Shown piece by piece: positions 61,701-64,000 of a DNA stretch of 64,000 bases. Below the pieces are notes generated by a model. That model was not told the origin of the DNA. It did not search any database and was given only the letters and a program-made list of their open reading frames with translations. The position numbers were made by a program, and so were the translations under genes. Numbering within the stretch: position 1 is the stretch's first letter; every line of letters starts with the position of its first letter. The DNA comes from Azolla caroliniana (taxonomy: Eukaryota; Plantae; Polypodiophyta): contig JBHGNT010000018.1 in assembly GCA_043228905.1 (NCBI GenBank), forward strand, positions 6,572,001 through 6,636,000, read 5' to 3'.

Positions 61701-64000
61701 ATGCATGCATCTCTTCCTCCATCACGGCACGCCAATTCGCGTCTTTAGACGCTTCTACGTAGCTCTCTGGCTCATGCACTTCCGCTACACGGGTCATGTA
61801 CGCATAATGATGCGCCATGTACTCGTTGTATCCGAACCGCAAAACAGGATTCTTCTGGCGGGTAGATCGGCGTAATCTCGCATTAGCCGATGTCGAGGCC
61901 TTCTCGGTCGACGTGGACTTCACCTTTAAAGACCCGTCACCGGTTCCCTCGGAGTCGGGCTCATCCGGAGGCATCTCGGCCTCGCTGACCTCATCGTTAG
62001 AGCTCGGATTGGAGTCGGGTTTCGGAGTCGGGGGCTGGTACCAGGACGCGGACTCGTCAAACACAACGTCGCGGCTAACACGCGCTTGTTTGGTGCGAGG
62101 GTTATAGCACTTATAACCCTTCTGCTCGTCCGAGTTACCAACCAAGATGCATTTCTCGGCCTTTGCATCCAGCTTCCTCCTTTTCTCCTTCGGTACATGC
62201 ACATGCGCAATGCTACTGAACACCCTCAAGTGTCGCAAGTTCGGCTTCGTTCCGAAATATAGCTCGTGCGCCGACACTTTGTCTCCGATCCGGTTCTGGA
62301 TGTATACCGCGGTCCTTACCGCCTCGGCCCAGTAGAACTTGGGCAAGCTCTTCTCCTCCAGCATTGCCCGTGCCGCTTCCACAACTGACCGATTCTTCCT
62401 CTCGGCCACGCCGTTCTGCTCCAGCGTGTATCTACAACTGAATTCGCGCCGAATTCCCATTTGTTATAGATAACCGTTGAATTGACCGGAAAAGTACTCT
62501 TTCTCGCCATCCGATCGCAGGCACTTGATCTTTCGTCCCGTTTCCGTTTCCACGAACCCCTTGAGGTCCCGGAAACAGTCGAAGACTTCGCTCTTTCTTT
62601 CAATGAGGTAGATCCACGTGTGCCGCGTGTGGTCGTCGATGAAGGAGACGAAATATCGGCTCCCGCCAAGACTAACGTTTTGTGCCGGCCCCCACACATC
62701 GGAGTGTATAAGGTCGAGCTTGTTCCGGCTCCGGTTTCGCTCATTGGGGAAAGGAAGTTGGTGTTGCTTCACGAGCTGGAAGGCTTCACAAATTTGTGCC
62801 TTTCGGCCACTAAATTTGGGCAATCCGAACACTACCTGTTTCGATTGCAGATCTTGAAGCCGCTGGTAGTTGATGTGGCCTATCCGCTTGTGCCACAAGT
62901 CGATGTCCGACTCGGATTTTCGTCCCTTCGCGAACATTGCGGTGCTGTCGTCACTGGAGTCGAGGATGAATATCCTCCCGTCTCTGTGCCCTTGCACAAT
63001 CACACGGCCTTCTTCCTCAATGAAGCACCCGAGGTGTGTAAACCGAACCTCCATCCCTTGGTCGACGATTTGTCCGACCGAGACCAAGTTCTTCGTGATT
63101 GTCGGAACGTGCAGCACGTTCATGAGTTTCCCTTTCTGCCCGACATGGAAGTGAGTGCCCGAGCAGGTACTGGTGCATCTTGTAGGACCAAGACGTGTAG
63201 TTGGTTCTGTCGAGCTTCTCTGTTGGAAGTGAGCTCGCCATGCCTCTAGCCATCGTTCTTCTTGTTCTTCTTCGTCAAGCTGTGTCGGCTGCAGAGAGGT
63301 TCTCAACCCTCGCGCTCTGATACCATGTAGAAAGTAGTGTGCAGAAGCAAGTATGAAGACCGAACAGAAGGAAGAATGCTTAGGTTTAATGGAGAGCTTG
63401 AGCTTACACAGTATACGCGGGAGAGACAGAGAGAGTGAGAGAGAAAGCACAAGAACTATATTCAACAAAAACAATTCAATCTCTATTCACCACTCTTTAC
63501 ATATGTGTGTTCAATGAACACTTTTATACAAGTCCTAGAAGGACTGACAAAAGTACTAATAGTACTTCAATGCTCATTAAGAGCTCCTACACTAACTCCC
63601 AAATATATTCCTCACGGAATATCTTTCCTAACGGCCTCCCGATTTACGCACCGATCCGGCCCTACCTACGCACCGGTCTGCGTACCGGTTTACGCACCGA
63701 TCCGGCTCTACCTACGCACCGGTCTGCGTACCGGTTTACACATTCGGCCTAACCGATCGGTCCCAACCGATCCGGTCCTCGGCTTCTTCAGCCGATCCGA
63801 CCGATGTTGAGCTTGTCTCTCAACAAGAACCTTTGTAGTCGATGAACAACTAGTGAAGACAAATCCTAACACCCGGTGAAGAACAGAAGAGAACCGAAGA
63901 TGGACAGAGGAATGACAAGTTCACTTCTGACAGAAACGCTCGACCGGAGCAACTATGCATCCTGGTCATATAAAATGCACCAATACCTGTTGGGGCATGG
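58749..64000 (+). mobile_element. Host copia element (5' LTR 58749-59174, PBS, leader split by an insertion, gag from 63900; continues past the window end)
   Basis: LTR begins TGTTGAGCGAGCAAGCTCAAC. PBS TGGTATCAAAGC at 59175-59186. The leader resumes at 63831. Gag reads MDRGMTSSLLTETLDRSNYASWSYKMHQYLLGH. Confidence 0.85.
59202..63825 (-). mobile_element. Two-LTR Ty1/copia element with most of gag deleted, inserted antisense in a same-lineage host
   Basis: 500-bp LTRs at 63326-63825 and 59202-59701, exact TSD AGAAC, PBS at 63313-63325, PPT at 59702-59712. Integrase (IHSDVWGP, RSDGEKEY), RT (LLYVDDL) and RNase H carry stops and a frameshift. Confidence 0.95.

Noticed and set aside
62482-63249. 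255-aa plus-strand ORF
   Set aside because: Antisense shadow of the copia protease/integrase region.

Overview
Plant nuclear DNA. The TE families and gene sequences suggest a fern or other non-seed vascular plant, but this is inference only. About three quarters of the window is transposable-element sequence. There are two intact host genes, arranged tail to tail: an intronless MYC2-like bHLH (47399-49648, +) and a 13-coding-exon nucleosome assembly protein NAP1 (54694-50933, -). The TE content includes one very young, ORF-intact Ty1/copia element (37614-43136), three deep copia nests (1840-6236, 14305-31280, 58749-64000) and several solo LTRs. It also includes two L1-type LINE remnants and a near full-length two-ORF LINE of a non-L1 type with a 3' stem-loop and microsatellite tail (8230-12308, plus fragments). 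Two copies of a DNA-transposon-like element carry a RING-H2 gene; the longer copy also has a Sola2-like transposase remnant and long palindromic TAGCTAATTAGCTA arrays inside predicted introns. A tRNA-derived SINE-like element appears to insert into (CT)n LINE tails. All calls were made by eye from the sequence; no database searches were run.
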